40,205 nucleotides of DNA, taken from Bacteroidales bacterium. Lineage in GTDB: Bacteria > Bacteroidota > Bacteroidia > Bacteroidales > 4484-276. The position numbers and the translations under genes were made by a program. Under the pieces are notes generated by a model that was given only the letters and a program-made list of their open reading frames with translations, was not told where the DNA came from and did not search any database. The DNA lies in the NCBI GenBank assembly GCA_021740425.1, contig JAIOZV010000003.1:1-40205 (forward strand), given 5' to 3'. This document shows, piece by piece, positions 1 through 9,580 of the stretch. Each line of letters starts with the position of its first letter. The stretch's first letter is position 1.

Positions 1-2
1 TG

Positions 3-397
3 TGGAGCTGCAGGGAGTCGAACCCTGGTCCAAACAAGCAGCAATAGAGCTTTCTACATGTTTATTTTGCCATTGGTTTTCGTGAACAGGCAGAGGACAA
101 ACACCCAACCTGAACCTTAGCTTCTTTGTTTTCGCCACTTGCCCGAAGCCTGCAAACGACTAGTCCTGTATTACGTCGCCCCGTAACCAGGCAGGAACAA
201 GACGTGTCCGCCTGCGGAGAGTCTCGTCCCGACACCTTGTGTCGGGATTAAGCAGTAATCTACTTTATTCGATTACGCTGCGAGAGCATAGTTTGTTTCG
301 CCAGTTATGGCTTTTGGAATAGTTTTTAACGAGCCACATTCCAAATGCCCGACATGCTTACTGTATCCCTTCCTTGCTGTCAAAACCGGTCAGCCCC
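3..397 (-). ncRNA. ssrA: tmRNA (transfer-messenger RNA)
   Basis: Minus strand begins GGGGCTGACCGGTTTTGACAGC at 397 and ends GGTTCGACTCCCTGCAGCTCCA at 3. The acceptor stem GGGGCTG/CAGCTCC has the G3:U alanine wobble. The internal tag frame 302..273 reads GETNYALAA-stop. Confidence 0.97.
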
Positions 398-433
398 ATG
401 ATGTAAAAGAACGCGTTTCAATGAACGACCCGG

Positions 434-441
434 CAAAAGTA
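434..441 (-). promoter_or_regulatory. Bacteroidota -7 promoter box (TACTTTTG) for ssrA
   Basis: Exact TAnnTTTG match 36 nt upstream of the mature tmRNA 5' end. No clear -33 TTTG. Confidence 0.6.
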
Positions 442-821
442 ATATTATTTGACGACTGCGTATTATACACTGCAATACGTTGTGCAAATTATTCATTTAA
501 AAAAAGCTACTACTGCAACCATAGTGGAAGATATTAATTGGAACAGTGAGAAAAGCAGTCAGTTACCAGTCGCCAGCAGGCAAAATTTTTTAATACCCGA
601 ACAAAACCATTAAAAATGCAGGTATTTATAAAATTGCATTTCAGCAATTTAACATGAATAATCTGAAATATTAAATGACAACTGTTGTCTGTGGACTTAT
701 TAAAATATTCTGTTTTTTTTCTGCTAAATCAAATAACCACGGAATTAGTCGTATAATCTAAAAAGAGATGCCAGAAATTAACAAGCTGCCCACCATGGAG
801 TATCAACAAATTTGAAGCGCA

Positions 822-1295
822 CTATGTATTCGCGTAAAAATTATTGATAAAATCCAGGGTTTCCTTACCCATATTGGTGAGATCGGCCAGCAAAACAACA
901 GCAAAACTATTTCCTTTATATTCCATAAAATTACTTTCATATTGAATCAAACGAACCCCTTCCTCTGCATCATCGCCCACTTCAATTACAATGGATTCCC
1001 TGGGTTGATTTTGCCTGTTCATAATGGCCGCCTGCATCGACAATCTCAACTTACAATTGCTGCAAATCCCCTCGTGAATGTTATTTTGATGTCCTTTGCA
1101 GCCAATGGTTAAGCCAAATCGCTTGCCGGAAATTTCCCGGTTTCGGAGGCCAAACAATTCAGCAAACCGATGATTGAAGTGCACAACCTCCAGATTGGAG
1201 TTAACTACACACATTGCAAGGGATAAGCTATCGCTGACAGCACTCATAAAACCGCTGTCGTTTTTATACATCGAATGATCAATTTTTTGAGTCAT
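822..1295 (-). CDS. Stand-alone PAS-fold protein with a CxxH-x8-CxxC motif
   Basis: PAS-like pattern (DSL..AMCVVN.NLEVVHFN.RF.ELFG...EISGK, C-terminal VLLADLT) with C66, H69, C78 and C81. Overlaps the kinase 3' end by 17 bp. No output domain. Confidence 0.7.
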   Translation of the reverse strand: MTQKIDHSMYKNDSGFMSAVSDSLSLAMCVVNSNLEVVHFNHRFAELFGLRNREISGKRFGLTIGCKGHQNNIHEGICSNCKLRLSMQAAIMNRQNQPRESIVIEVGDDAEEGVRLIQYESNFMEYKGNSFAVVLLADLTNMGKETLDFINNFYANT

Positions 1296-2658
1296 GGCTT
1301 GGGGGTTTGGTAATTAAAAGCTTGTACATCTTTTCGTATAATTCATTCTGATTGATTGGTTTTGTGCTGAAATCGTTCATCCCCACATCGATAATTTTTT
1401 GTTTGTTATCGGTAAAAGCATCCGCTGAAAGCGCAATCACCGGAACAGAATGATCCAGTACACCTGAGGTTTCTTTTCGGATTATCTTACATGCTTCATA
1501 TCCATCCATTACCGGCATATGTATATCAAGCAAAACCAGGTCGAATTTTTCGAGGCTCAACAGTTTAATTGCTTCCAGGCCATTTTCGCAGATTCTTGTA
1601 TTTATACCCCAGCTTTTTAATATTTTCACTGCAACAAACTGATTGACCTGGTTATCTTCAACTATCAAAACCTTTTTTCCGTGGAGTTCATTCCTGTTTT
1701 TCGTACCCGCAAAGGGAGAATCGTCAACTGAATTTGATGAATATTTAAAAGTTAAAACAACTTCAAAATTTGAACCTGTATTTTCTTCACTATCGAGTTT
1801 TATTGTACCCCCCTGAAGTTCGATGAGCCGTTTTGTAATGGTTAAGCCCAATCCTGTACCCCCAAATTTGCGGGAAATCGACTGGGTGGACTGGGTAAAA
1901 CTTTTAAAAATTTCTTCACGTTTATCAACAGGAATTCCTATGCCGCTATCGCGGATAGAAAAACACAACTTAACATCCTTGCTTTCATTTTTTTCGAGAC
2001 ACGACACATTAATTTTCACAAAACCCTGATCGGTAAATTTAAATGCATTGCCCAATAAGTTTGTTAATATTTGGTTGAGTTTTGTTTTATCGCCGATAAT
2101 AATATCCGGTATGTTTTTATCCCAATCCAAGTAAAAAGAAAGGTGTTTTTCCTCAGCCTTAAATCTCATCGTCTTCACAAGATGATCTACCATATTTTTA
2201 AGGCTAAAGGGTATTTCTTCGAAGGTAATTTTTCCTGATTCAATTTTTGAAAAATCCAGAATGTCATTGATAATTCCCAACAAATGATCGGCAGAATATT
2301 TTACAGTATTGAGCATTTCACGAATATTATTTTCTCCGGCTTCACGAAGCATGATATCAGTAATACTAATGATTCCGTTGAGTGGAGTCCGAATTTCATG
2401 GCTCATATTGGAAAGGAAAAGCGACTTGGCTTGTGTTGATCTTTCGGCTTCTTCTTTGGCTTTGATGAGCATTTGCCTGGAGGCTTCAATCTCACTGGTA
2501 CGATCCTGAATTTTTTGCTCCAGCGAATTGTTGAGTTTTTTCAAGGCTGTATTAGCCTGGTATATTTCCAGCGATTTTTTCTCAATGATTGCTTCAAGTT
2601 CTTTGCGGGCTTTGCGCTCTCGCTCAAGTACACGCTTGATGGCCTCCAGTTCTTCCAT
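1279..2658 (-). CDS. Soluble hybrid histidine kinase (coiled coil, HisKA, HATPase, receiver), H-NOX-associated type
   Basis: H-box FLSNMSHEIRTPLNG (H87), N-box QILTNLLGNAFKFT, G-boxes DSGIGI and GGTGLGL, receiver LIVEDN...LLDIHMP...KP. No transmembrane segment or sensor domain. Confidence 0.93.
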   Translation of the reverse strand: MEELEAIKRVLERERKARKELEAIIEKKSLEIYQANTALKKLNNSLEQKIQDRTSEIEASRQMLIKAKEEAERSTQAKSLFLSNMSHEIRTPLNGIISITDIMLREAGENNIREMLNTVKYSADHLLGIINDILDFSKIESGKITFEEIPFSLKNMVDHLVKTMRFKAEEKHLSFYLDWDKNIPDIIIGDKTKLNQILTNLLGNAFKFTDQGFVKINVSCLEKNESKDVKLCFSIRDSGIGIPVDKREEIFKSFTQSTQSISRKFGGTGLGLTITKRLIELQGGTIKLDSEENTGSNFEVVLTFKYSSNSVDDSPFAGTKNRNELHGKKVLIVEDNQVNQFVAVKILKSWGINTRICENGLEAIKLLSLEKFDLVLLDIHMPVMDGYEACKIIRKETSGVLDHSVPVIALSADAFTDNKQKIIDVGMNDFSTKPINQNELYEKMYKLLITKPPSHDSKN

Positions 2659-2676
2659 AATATTGGCTGTTGTCGA

Positions 2677-3219
2677 TTATTTTTTTGTTAACATAAAAGT
2701 GATTTCAGAACCTCCATCATTTTCATTAATTGTTTCAACTATGATATCCTCCTTAAAATGCTGCGTACATCCTGAAATTAAGCCTAAAGCTAAATCACCC
2801 ATTTTGCGGGTGCTTTTATAAATCATTTTCATGGCCGACCCATCCGTTGAAATTTCCGTCTTGATGGCCGGGAGCTGGGCATCCGGATACAATTTTAGCA
2901 CTTCCACATGGATATAATTCTCAATGTTGCTTAAAAACTCAAAAGTATTTTTTTTACCTACAAAAAAATGCGGATAAAGCGAATAAAATCTGGAGAAGAG
3001 ATGTTTGCCAAAAACTGTGAGCAAGGTGGAAGTTTCAATGTCTGTTTCTTTATTAAGATTCGTCAGCAATTGCTGCATCTCTTCAAAAGCATAAGTTCCA
3101 ACAGCAGTATAAACTCCCCCTGAAGGCAAATCGGAGGCGCTTACAATTTTATCTGCCAATAAAAATCCAAAACGATCTTCCACCATTTCAATAAATTCAG
3201 TGAAAATGACACCTTTCAT
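2677..3219 (-). CDS. Heme NO-binding (H-NOX/HNOB) protein
   Basis: N-terminus MKGVIFTEF..MVE..FG, proximal His in IENYIHVEVLKLYPDA (H104), YxSxR motif (Y134-S136-R138) and GLISG. Length 180 aa fits the family. Confidence 0.93.
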   Translation of the reverse strand: MKGVIFTEFIEMVEDRFGFLLADKIVSASDLPSGGVYTAVGTYAFEEMQQLLTNLNKETDIETSTLLTVFGKHLFSRFYSLYPHFFVGKKNTFEFLSNIENYIHVEVLKLYPDAQLPAIKTEISTDGSAMKMIYKSTRKMGDLALGLISGCTQHFKEDIIVETINENDGGSEITFMLTKK

Positions 3220-3255
3220 ATTTCGTTAGTTTAGTTATGATTCAAAAACAGGCAA

Positions 3256-4509
3256 CTATTGCAATTTTCCATTCAGGATAACCTGCTCAACTTTGTTTGT
3301 TCCATAATAATAAGGCATAAAGGCATAGCCAGGCATGCGACTGCTTATAAAAACATTTGCTTTTTTCCCGATGGCGATACTTCCCAGTTCTTCGCTCAAT
3401 CCCATGGCGAAGGCTGTATTGATAGTAGTGGCATTGATGCCTTCTTCGGGTGTTAAGCGATATAAAATACTTGCCATCGAAAGGATGAGCTGCATGTTGC
3501 CCGAGGGTGACGAACCGGGGTTAAAATCGCTGGCCATTGCAATTGGCAATCCGGCATCTATCATTTCGCGCGCCGGGGCATATTTCATATTGAGGAAAAA
3601 TGCGGCGCCGGGAAGCACTGTTGGCATGGTGTCGGATCCGAGCAAGGCTTCTATTTCTTCTTTACCTGTAAATTCAAGATGATCGACTGAAAGGGCATTG
3701 TATTTTATACCCACCTGTATTCCACCTGAAAAATCCAGTTCGTTGGCATGAATCTTTGGCCTCAAGCCATATTTCATCCCTGCATTTAAAATACGGTCGG
3801 TATCATCCACCGTAAAAAAACCGCGATCACAAAAAACGTCGATGTAATCGGCAAGTTCTTCGGCAGCAACCTGAGGGATCATTTCATTAATAATCAGATC
3901 AACATAATCTTCCTGTTTTGATTTAAACTCTGATGGGATGGCGTGCGCACCCAAAAAAGTGGAAACTATGGTAAGGGGTGATTTTTCCTTTAGCCTTTTA
4001 ATCACGCGTAGCATTTTCAGCTCGCTTTCGGTAGTTAATCCGTAACCACTTTTAATTTCAACCGCGCCGGTACCGTAGGCCATAATTTCGTTCAGCCTGC
4101 CCATTGCTGCATCAAACAATTCCTCTTCCGAAATATCCTGCATTTTGCGGGCTGAGTTTAATATCCCGCCTCCGCGTTTGGCGATTTCCTCGTAGGATAA
4201 TCCTTTAATTTTATCGATATACTCGATTTCACGGCTTTCAGGATAAACAAGATGCGTGTGTGAATCGCAAAACGACGGAAAAACCATTTTACCACTTGCA
4301 TCAATTTCAAAAAGATCGCCGGCAGATTGAACTTTCAGGGAAGCTTTGATCTCTTCCATTTTACCAAAATCGGCAATAATGCCATCATCAATAAAAAGAA
4401 AGGCATTTTTTTCGGTATTCAGCTTTGCCATGTCCTTTCCTGAAACTTTTAGCCGAATAGTGTGTTCTGTTTGAATCAATTCCTTAATGTTCTTGATCAG
4501 TATTTTCAT
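3256..4509 (-). CDS. hutI: Imidazolonepropionase
   Basis: DSHTHLV metal motif, GGGILNS, EIKSGYGL, FLGAHA, DVFCD, IHANEL, SVDHLE and SDFNPGSSP motifs. Confidence 0.95.
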   Translation of the reverse strand: MKILIKNIKELIQTEHTIRLKVSGKDMAKLNTEKNAFLFIDDGIIADFGKMEEIKASLKVQSAGDLFEIDASGKMVFPSFCDSHTHLVYPESREIEYIDKIKGLSYEEIAKRGGGILNSARKMQDISEEELFDAAMGRLNEIMAYGTGAVEIKSGYGLTTESELKMLRVIKRLKEKSPLTIVSTFLGAHAIPSEFKSKQEDYVDLIINEMIPQVAAEELADYIDVFCDRGFFTVDDTDRILNAGMKYGLRPKIHANELDFSGGIQVGIKYNALSVDHLEFTGKEEIEALLGSDTMPTVLPGAAFFLNMKYAPAREMIDAGLPIAMASDFNPGSSPSGNMQLILSMASILYRLTPEEGINATTINTAFAMGLSEELGSIAIGKKANVFISSRMPGYAFMPYYYGTNKVEQVILNGKLQ

Positions 4510-4538
4510 TTTTATATACTTTTTTTAAATGATTTACA

Positions 4539-4546
4539 TAATTTTG
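4539..4546 (+). promoter_or_regulatory. Bacteroidota -7 box (TAATTTTG) upstream of the S8 peptidase
   Basis: TAnnTTTG match in the divergent hutI/S8 spacer. Confidence 0.5.
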
Positions 4547-4617
4547 CAACTTCGTACGTTAAAAATAAAGGTTGATTGCCAAATCGTTAAAATATTTCAA
4601 ACATTAAATTTAACATC

Positions 4618-7296
4618 ATGAGAAATTTTACTTCCAAAGTTATTAAAATTCTGTTCTTCGCCATTGCACTTGTACTTTTGAGTTCTCAAACTCAGGCTCA
4701 AAAATATGAAAAGTATTATGAGGACGGCAAATTGTATGTAAAGTTTAAGGATTCATACAATCCTGAAATTGCAGTTGCGGCTGATAAATCAGTAACGCTA
4801 AGCGATGCAACCTATTTCACCAGCATTATTGCAAAATGCAATGTTAAATCGATTGTCAGGCCATTTGACTATAAAAATGACCCGAAACTTATCAGGACTT
4901 TCGAACTAAAGCTGGAAGACCATAGCAAACTTGAGAATGTAATCGCGGAGCTCGAAAAAATGCCGGAGATTGAATATGCCGAGAAAGTACCGATGCAGTA
5001 TATCGATTATCAACCAAATGACTCACTTTACAACCTTGTAACAGGACTCAACAACTGGAACTGGCATCTTGATGTAATTCATGCTGAAGAAGCATGGGAC
5101 ATTACACAAGGCAGCCCCACGGTAAATGTAGCCATTGTTGACAATGCCATTTGGTCGCAGCATCCCGACCTTCATGATAAGATTGTTCTTCAGCGTGATG
5201 TAATCTACAACACTAACAGCTCCGACCCTCCCGGAACAGGTGACCCAAGTGCCTGGTCGCATGGTACCCATTGTGCAGGCCTTGCTACAGCTATTACCGA
5301 CAACGGTATAGGGATTGCAGGCATCGGTTATTCCACAAGCATCATTGCAGTTAAAGCTGCCAACAATTCAGAACCCAATGGAATATACGGACAAACCGGC
5401 ATGTCGTGGGCCATGAACAATGGAGCTGATGTTATCAGCATGTCGTATGGCGGGCCGGGATACTCCCAGACTGTGCAAAACTTAGTAAACAGTGGCACAA
5501 ACAACGGAATTGTGTTTGTTGCTGCTGCTGGTAACGACAACAATTCATTGGCTCATTATCCTTCAAATTACGACAATGTAATTTCGGTTGCCGCCACCAA
5601 CGAAAATGATGCAAAAGCCTCTTTTTCCAACTACAATGAAACTGTTGATGTTTCTGCTCCCGGGGGATCAGGCAGCTCCGGACCCGATGGCCTGTTAAGC
5701 TCAACTTATGATAATACCTCAATGGGATACTATGATGCATTTTACGGAACCTCAATGGCCTGCCCGATGGTTTCGGGTCTGGTGAGTCTATTATTTTCAT
5801 TGAACCCCGAATTATCACCTGCACAAATCGAAACTATTCTCGAAACCACCGCGGATAATATCGATGCTCAAAATCCCGATTATATTGGAATGATCGGATC
5901 GGGAAGAATTAACGCCTATCAGGCAGTTCTCGCCGTACCTTATGAGCCACAACCTGATTTTATGGTTGAAGTTCCATTGATTATGCCGGGAACTGCCATC
6001 AACTTTCAGGATATGTCGTTAGGCATCCCGACATCATGGAGCTGGACCTTCGAAGGTGGAACTCCAGCAACATCAAACAGCCAAAACCCATCTGTGACTT
6101 ACAACACCGAAGGAACCTTTGATGTTACGCTTGAAGTTAGCAATGAATTTGGTACCATGACAATAACAAAAGAAGGTTTTATTGTTGTTACTGCTACTCC
6201 TTCCCCTTACCTCAGTTTCACGGTTAACAACGATAATGCCTGCATCATGGAATCAGTAGGATTTATTGATCAATCGCTTTATTTGCCCACAGCATGGAAT
6301 TGGAGTTTTGAGCCGGATAGTTATGAATTTGTTAGTGGTACAAGTGCCAACTCCCAAAATCCGCTGGTACAGTTTACTGAACCCGGTGTTTATACTGTAA
6401 TATTTGAAGCCACCAACGCAAATGGTACTTCTTCAACAACTTACAGTGACTATTTACCTGTTGCCGGAATGCTCCTGCCCTACGAAGATGGTTTTGAGTC
6501 GGGCATTGCCGAAAATCTGGAACTGATGGCTAACGAAAAAGCTGCCATTATGATCGACAGCAGAGCTGCCAACACCGGTGCATTCGGACTTCATTTTACC
6601 GGAGTAAGCAACTTACAGGGCTGGACAGGCGGCCCGGCAAACACTACCCCTGAACAAGCCTGGGAAAACAATGTACTATTCCATTCTACCGCAAATGTTT
6701 GTAATGTAAATGCTACCGATTTTGCCGGTGTATATCTTACCCTCGACCTCAGGCAAACCTACAGCCTTGGAACTACACTCTCATGGTTCAGGGTTTTGGT
6801 GAATGAAACCGAACAAATTCCGGATGTGGATGGAAATCTGAATTTCAACCCTACAACAAACTCAGACCCGTTTGTTGAACGCAAATTCAACCTGCAACCC
6901 TGGGCTGGCGGATATTTCTCTCTTCAGCTACAAGCAAGTTGCCGATTGTTTGATAACTTTTTTGCCGAAGGCGACAATGTATTTGTTGATAATGTAAAAA
7001 TCCTGGGAAGCCTTGTAGGTGTTGATGAATTAACAGAAGTACCATTTGATATTGTTTCGGTTTATCCAAATCCGGCCAACGAAATGGTAACAATCAAGTT
7101 CACCACCAATACTTCATCGGATATCATGGTTTCAATTTCCTCAATTAGTGGACAACTGGTTTACCAGGCCAACAAAACTGCCGGCGAAGGAACCACCTTT
7201 GTTCCGGTTAGCGTTTCAAATCTTGCAAAAGGCGTTTATGTTGTTAATGTGAAAAGTGTAAATGGCATAGCTACACAAAAAATCGTCATTGAATAA
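4618..7296 (+). CDS. Subtilisin-family (S8) serine peptidase with prodomain, two PKD domains and T9SS CTD
   Basis: Signal peptide. Triad D175 (AIVDN), H215 (HGTHCAG), S379 (GTSMACP); oxyanion AAAGN. Two PKD-like repeats (F.D.S...PT.W.W.FE). CTD YPNPA...KGVYVV...KIVIE. Confidence 0.93.
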   Translation: MRNFTSKVIKILFFAIALVLLSSQTQAQKYEKYYEDGKLYVKFKDSYNPEIAVAADKSVTLSDATYFTSIIAKCNVKSIVRPFDYKNDPKLIRTFELKLEDHSKLENVIAELEKMPEIEYAEKVPMQYIDYQPNDSLYNLVTGLNNWNWHLDVIHAEEAWDITQGSPTVNVAIVDNAIWSQHPDLHDKIVLQRDVIYNTNSSDPPGTGDPSAWSHGTHCAGLATAITDNGIGIAGIGYSTSIIAVKAANNSEPNGIYGQTGMSWAMNNGADVISMSYGGPGYSQTVQNLVNSGTNNGIVFVAAAGNDNNSLAHYPSNYDNVISVAATNENDAKASFSNYNETVDVSAPGGSGSSGPDGLLSSTYDNTSMGYYDAFYGTSMACPMVSGLVSLLFSLNPELSPAQIETILETTADNIDAQNPDYIGMIGSGRINAYQAVLAVPYEPQPDFMVEVPLIMPGTAINFQDMSLGIPTSWSWTFEGGTPATSNSQNPSVTYNTEGTFDVTLEVSNEFGTMTITKEGFIVVTATPSPYLSFTVNNDNACIMESVGFIDQSLYLPTAWNWSFEPDSYEFVSGTSANSQNPLVQFTEPGVYTVIFEATNANGTSSTTYSDYLPVAGMLLPYEDGFESGIAENLELMANEKAAIMIDSRAANTGAFGLHFTGVSNLQGWTGGPANTTPEQAWENNVLFHSTANVCNVNATDFAGVYLTLDLRQTYSLGTTLSWFRVLVNETEQIPDVDGNLNFNPTTNSDPFVERKFNLQPWAGGYFSLQLQASCRLFDNFFAEGDNVFVDNVKILGSLVGVDELTEVPFDIVSVYPNPANEMVTIKFTTNTSSDIMVSISSISGQLVYQANKTAGEGTTFVPVSVSNLAKGVYVVNVKSVNGIATQKIVIE

Positions 7297-7316
7297 CACA
7301 AATTTTTAAACCCAAT

Positions 7317-7361
7317 AAAAAAACGGGTGATCTTTTTCGCAAAAGATCACCCGTTTTTTTT
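7317..7361 (+). terminator. Intrinsic terminator
   Basis: AAAAAAACGGGTGATCTTTT-TCGC-AAAAGATCACCCGTTTTTTTT is a perfect inverted repeat with a T tract, 20 nt after the S8 stop. Confidence 0.9.
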
Positions 7362-7393
7362 GATTTTAGTATTTTTACTGGAAATTTTTAACT

Positions 7394-9541
7394 ATGAAAA
7401 TATATTTTACTCTTCTGCTTTTAGCAATAGTATTGCTTTCGCAAATATTGTCGGCACAAAACCGTGTTTCATATCAGGAAGCTACAGTATTAGCCCGTAA
7501 TTTTTACATCGAAAAAATCAGCCAATCCGAAAAAATTGGGTTGGATGCTGTTGATATCCATGATATCCAACTTATCCAAAACTCGGGGCATGAAATATAT
7601 TATGCAGTAAACCTGCACCATGGTTTCGTGCTGGTTTCAACAGTAAAAAATACTTTCCCAATACTTGCCTATTCTTTTGATGGATCTTTTAGTACTCCCC
7701 GACAAAACACAAATACCGCAGCATGGCTTGGGCAATATGAAAGGCAGATTCGATTTGCACAGCAAAACAATATTGAAGCAACAGAAAAAATAAAGGAATC
7801 TTGGGCTACATATCTCGACCCTGATTTTATCAAAAACCACAAATTTGAGAAATTGCGCTCCATTGAACCCATGCTTGTGTCGAATTGGGATCAGGGTGTG
7901 TATTACAACACTGCCTGCCCCGCCGATCCTGCCGGCGTTGGCGGGCATTGCGTAACAGGATGTGTGGCTACGGCATTAGGCCAATTGCTCTATTATTTCA
8001 GATATCCCCAATCAGGCGAAGGATCATATAGCTACGAGGATCCCAACTACGGGACAATTTTTGCAAATTTCGAAGAAGCCAATTACGATTATGATCAGAT
8101 GATGAATGTGCTCAATGACCCAAACCCTGAAGTTGCAGAACTAATTTTCCATTTAGGGGTAGCCTGCGACATGGTGTATGGCCCACAAAGTTCTGGAATG
8201 TACAACCATAAAGCCGCCCATGCCCTGCGAACTCATTTCAGGTTTTCGCCCGAAACCCAATATGTGTTTCGCGACAGCACCACCATGGATTGGGACAGCT
8301 TGCTGGTAACCCATCTTGACCAAAAAATCCCCATGTATTATGCAGGATGGTCGGTGCCCAATGTTAATGGTCATGCTTTTATTGTGGACGGCTACCAGGA
8401 AGATCACTTCTACCATTTTAACTGGGGCTGGGGCGGCAGCAATGATGGCTACTTTTACACCGAAGAACTTACCCCGGGGGGCAATAACTTTAATCTTGCA
8501 CAGGAACTCATCATCAATGCTTTTCCTGATACCGTAAACAATGCCTATCCCGATTATTGCACAGGCAGCCATGAAATCGATTATATGCGCGGAACCTTCA
8601 CCGATGGCAGTTATCCGGTTTATAATTATCAAAACAATACGGAATGTCAGTGGTTGATTGATCCGCAAAATGAGGAGGATTCCGTTACCAATATCACCCT
8701 CTCTTTCCAAAGGTTCAATACTGAAACCGATGTTGATTTTGTGAAAATTTATGACGGAGAAAATTCCTCTGCTCCCCTCATCGGGGAATTTTCGGGTGAT
8801 CAAATTCCAAACAACATCACATCTTCGGGGAATAAAATGCTGGTCACTTTTTTATCAGATGATGAAAATACAATGCCAGGATTTTTTGCTACCTTCGAAA
8901 GCAATCAGCCATCGTGGTGTGGAGGAACAACGGTAATGCTCGAACAACAGGGAACCTTTTCTGACGGAAGTCAGAATTTTTTCTACAACAACAGCGCTAC
9001 CTGCATGTGGCAAATTATGCCCATTAACGCCAATTCAGTTACTGTGTATTTTACCAATTTCGATATTGAATCCGGCCAGGATCATGTGAAGATTTATGAT
9101 TCACAGACCATGACTTTGCTTGCGGATTATTCAGGCTACTATCCACCTGACGCTCCTCCCCCACCCCTTACCTCCGAAAGCGGGAAAATCTTTTTTCTTT
9201 TCCATTCTGATGAATCAGGACGTGCGCAAGGATGGGAAGCCGGTTATTACTCTGACCTCGTAAATATTGAAAATCCGGATAAATCAACAACCTTTCAGGT
9301 ATTTCCAAATCCTGCACAAGAAATTTTAAATATCAGATTTAATGAAGAAATATTTGAACCTGTCGGGATTTCCATGATCAACCAATTAGGGGAAGTTATA
9401 ATAAAACGGGAGTTACAAAAGGTGTCTCCATCTACCCTTAGCCTTGATGTTTCAAAAGCTGCTTCAGGAATTTATTATTTGAAGATTTCCACAGAAAAAC
9501 AGCAAACCCTCAAAAAGGTGGTTATTAACAAAGGGATTTAG
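7394..9541 (+). CDS. C10 (streptopain/SpeB-like) cysteine peptidase with prodomain, two CUB domains and T9SS CTD
   Basis: Signal peptide, prodomain GFVLVS...PILAYS, WDQG..YN, catalytic GCVATA and GHAF, HFNWGWGG. Two CUB-like units (C...G.F.DGS...Y.NN..C.W.I.P...D.VKIYD). CTD FPNPA...GIYYLKI...KKVVI. Confidence 0.9.
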   Translation: MKIYFTLLLLAIVLLSQILSAQNRVSYQEATVLARNFYIEKISQSEKIGLDAVDIHDIQLIQNSGHEIYYAVNLHHGFVLVSTVKNTFPILAYSFDGSFSTPRQNTNTAAWLGQYERQIRFAQQNNIEATEKIKESWATYLDPDFIKNHKFEKLRSIEPMLVSNWDQGVYYNTACPADPAGVGGHCVTGCVATALGQLLYYFRYPQSGEGSYSYEDPNYGTIFANFEEANYDYDQMMNVLNDPNPEVAELIFHLGVACDMVYGPQSSGMYNHKAAHALRTHFRFSPETQYVFRDSTTMDWDSLLVTHLDQKIPMYYAGWSVPNVNGHAFIVDGYQEDHFYHFNWGWGGSNDGYFYTEELTPGGNNFNLAQELIINAFPDTVNNAYPDYCTGSHEIDYMRGTFTDGSYPVYNYQNNTECQWLIDPQNEEDSVTNITLSFQRFNTETDVDFVKIYDGENSSAPLIGEFSGDQIPNNITSSGNKMLVTFLSDDENTMPGFFATFESNQPSWCGGTTVMLEQQGTFSDGSQNFFYNNSATCMWQIMPINANSVTVYFTNFDIESGQDHVKIYDSQTMTLLADYSGYYPPDAPPPPLTSESGKIFFLFHSDESGRAQGWEAGYYSDLVNIENPDKSTTFQVFPNPAQEILNIRFNEEIFEPVGISMINQLGEVIIKRELQKVSPSTLSLDVSKAASGIYYLKISTEKQQTLKKVVINKGI

Positions 9542-9580
9542 GTACTTTTAAAAATAAATCATGAACTACCACTTTGATCC

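Noticed and set aside
1-60. tRNA-like 3' end as a separate tRNA or attachment site
   Set aside because: It is the tRNA-like domain of tmRNA. Anything integrated at its 3' end lies outside the window and cannot be judged.
307-537. 76-aa plus-strand ORF
   Set aside because: It is antisense to the tmRNA 5' region and its promoter, and has no protein motif.
8153-8803. 216-aa antisense ORF
   Set aside because: It is a shadow of the C10 peptidase gene, with no recognisable motif.
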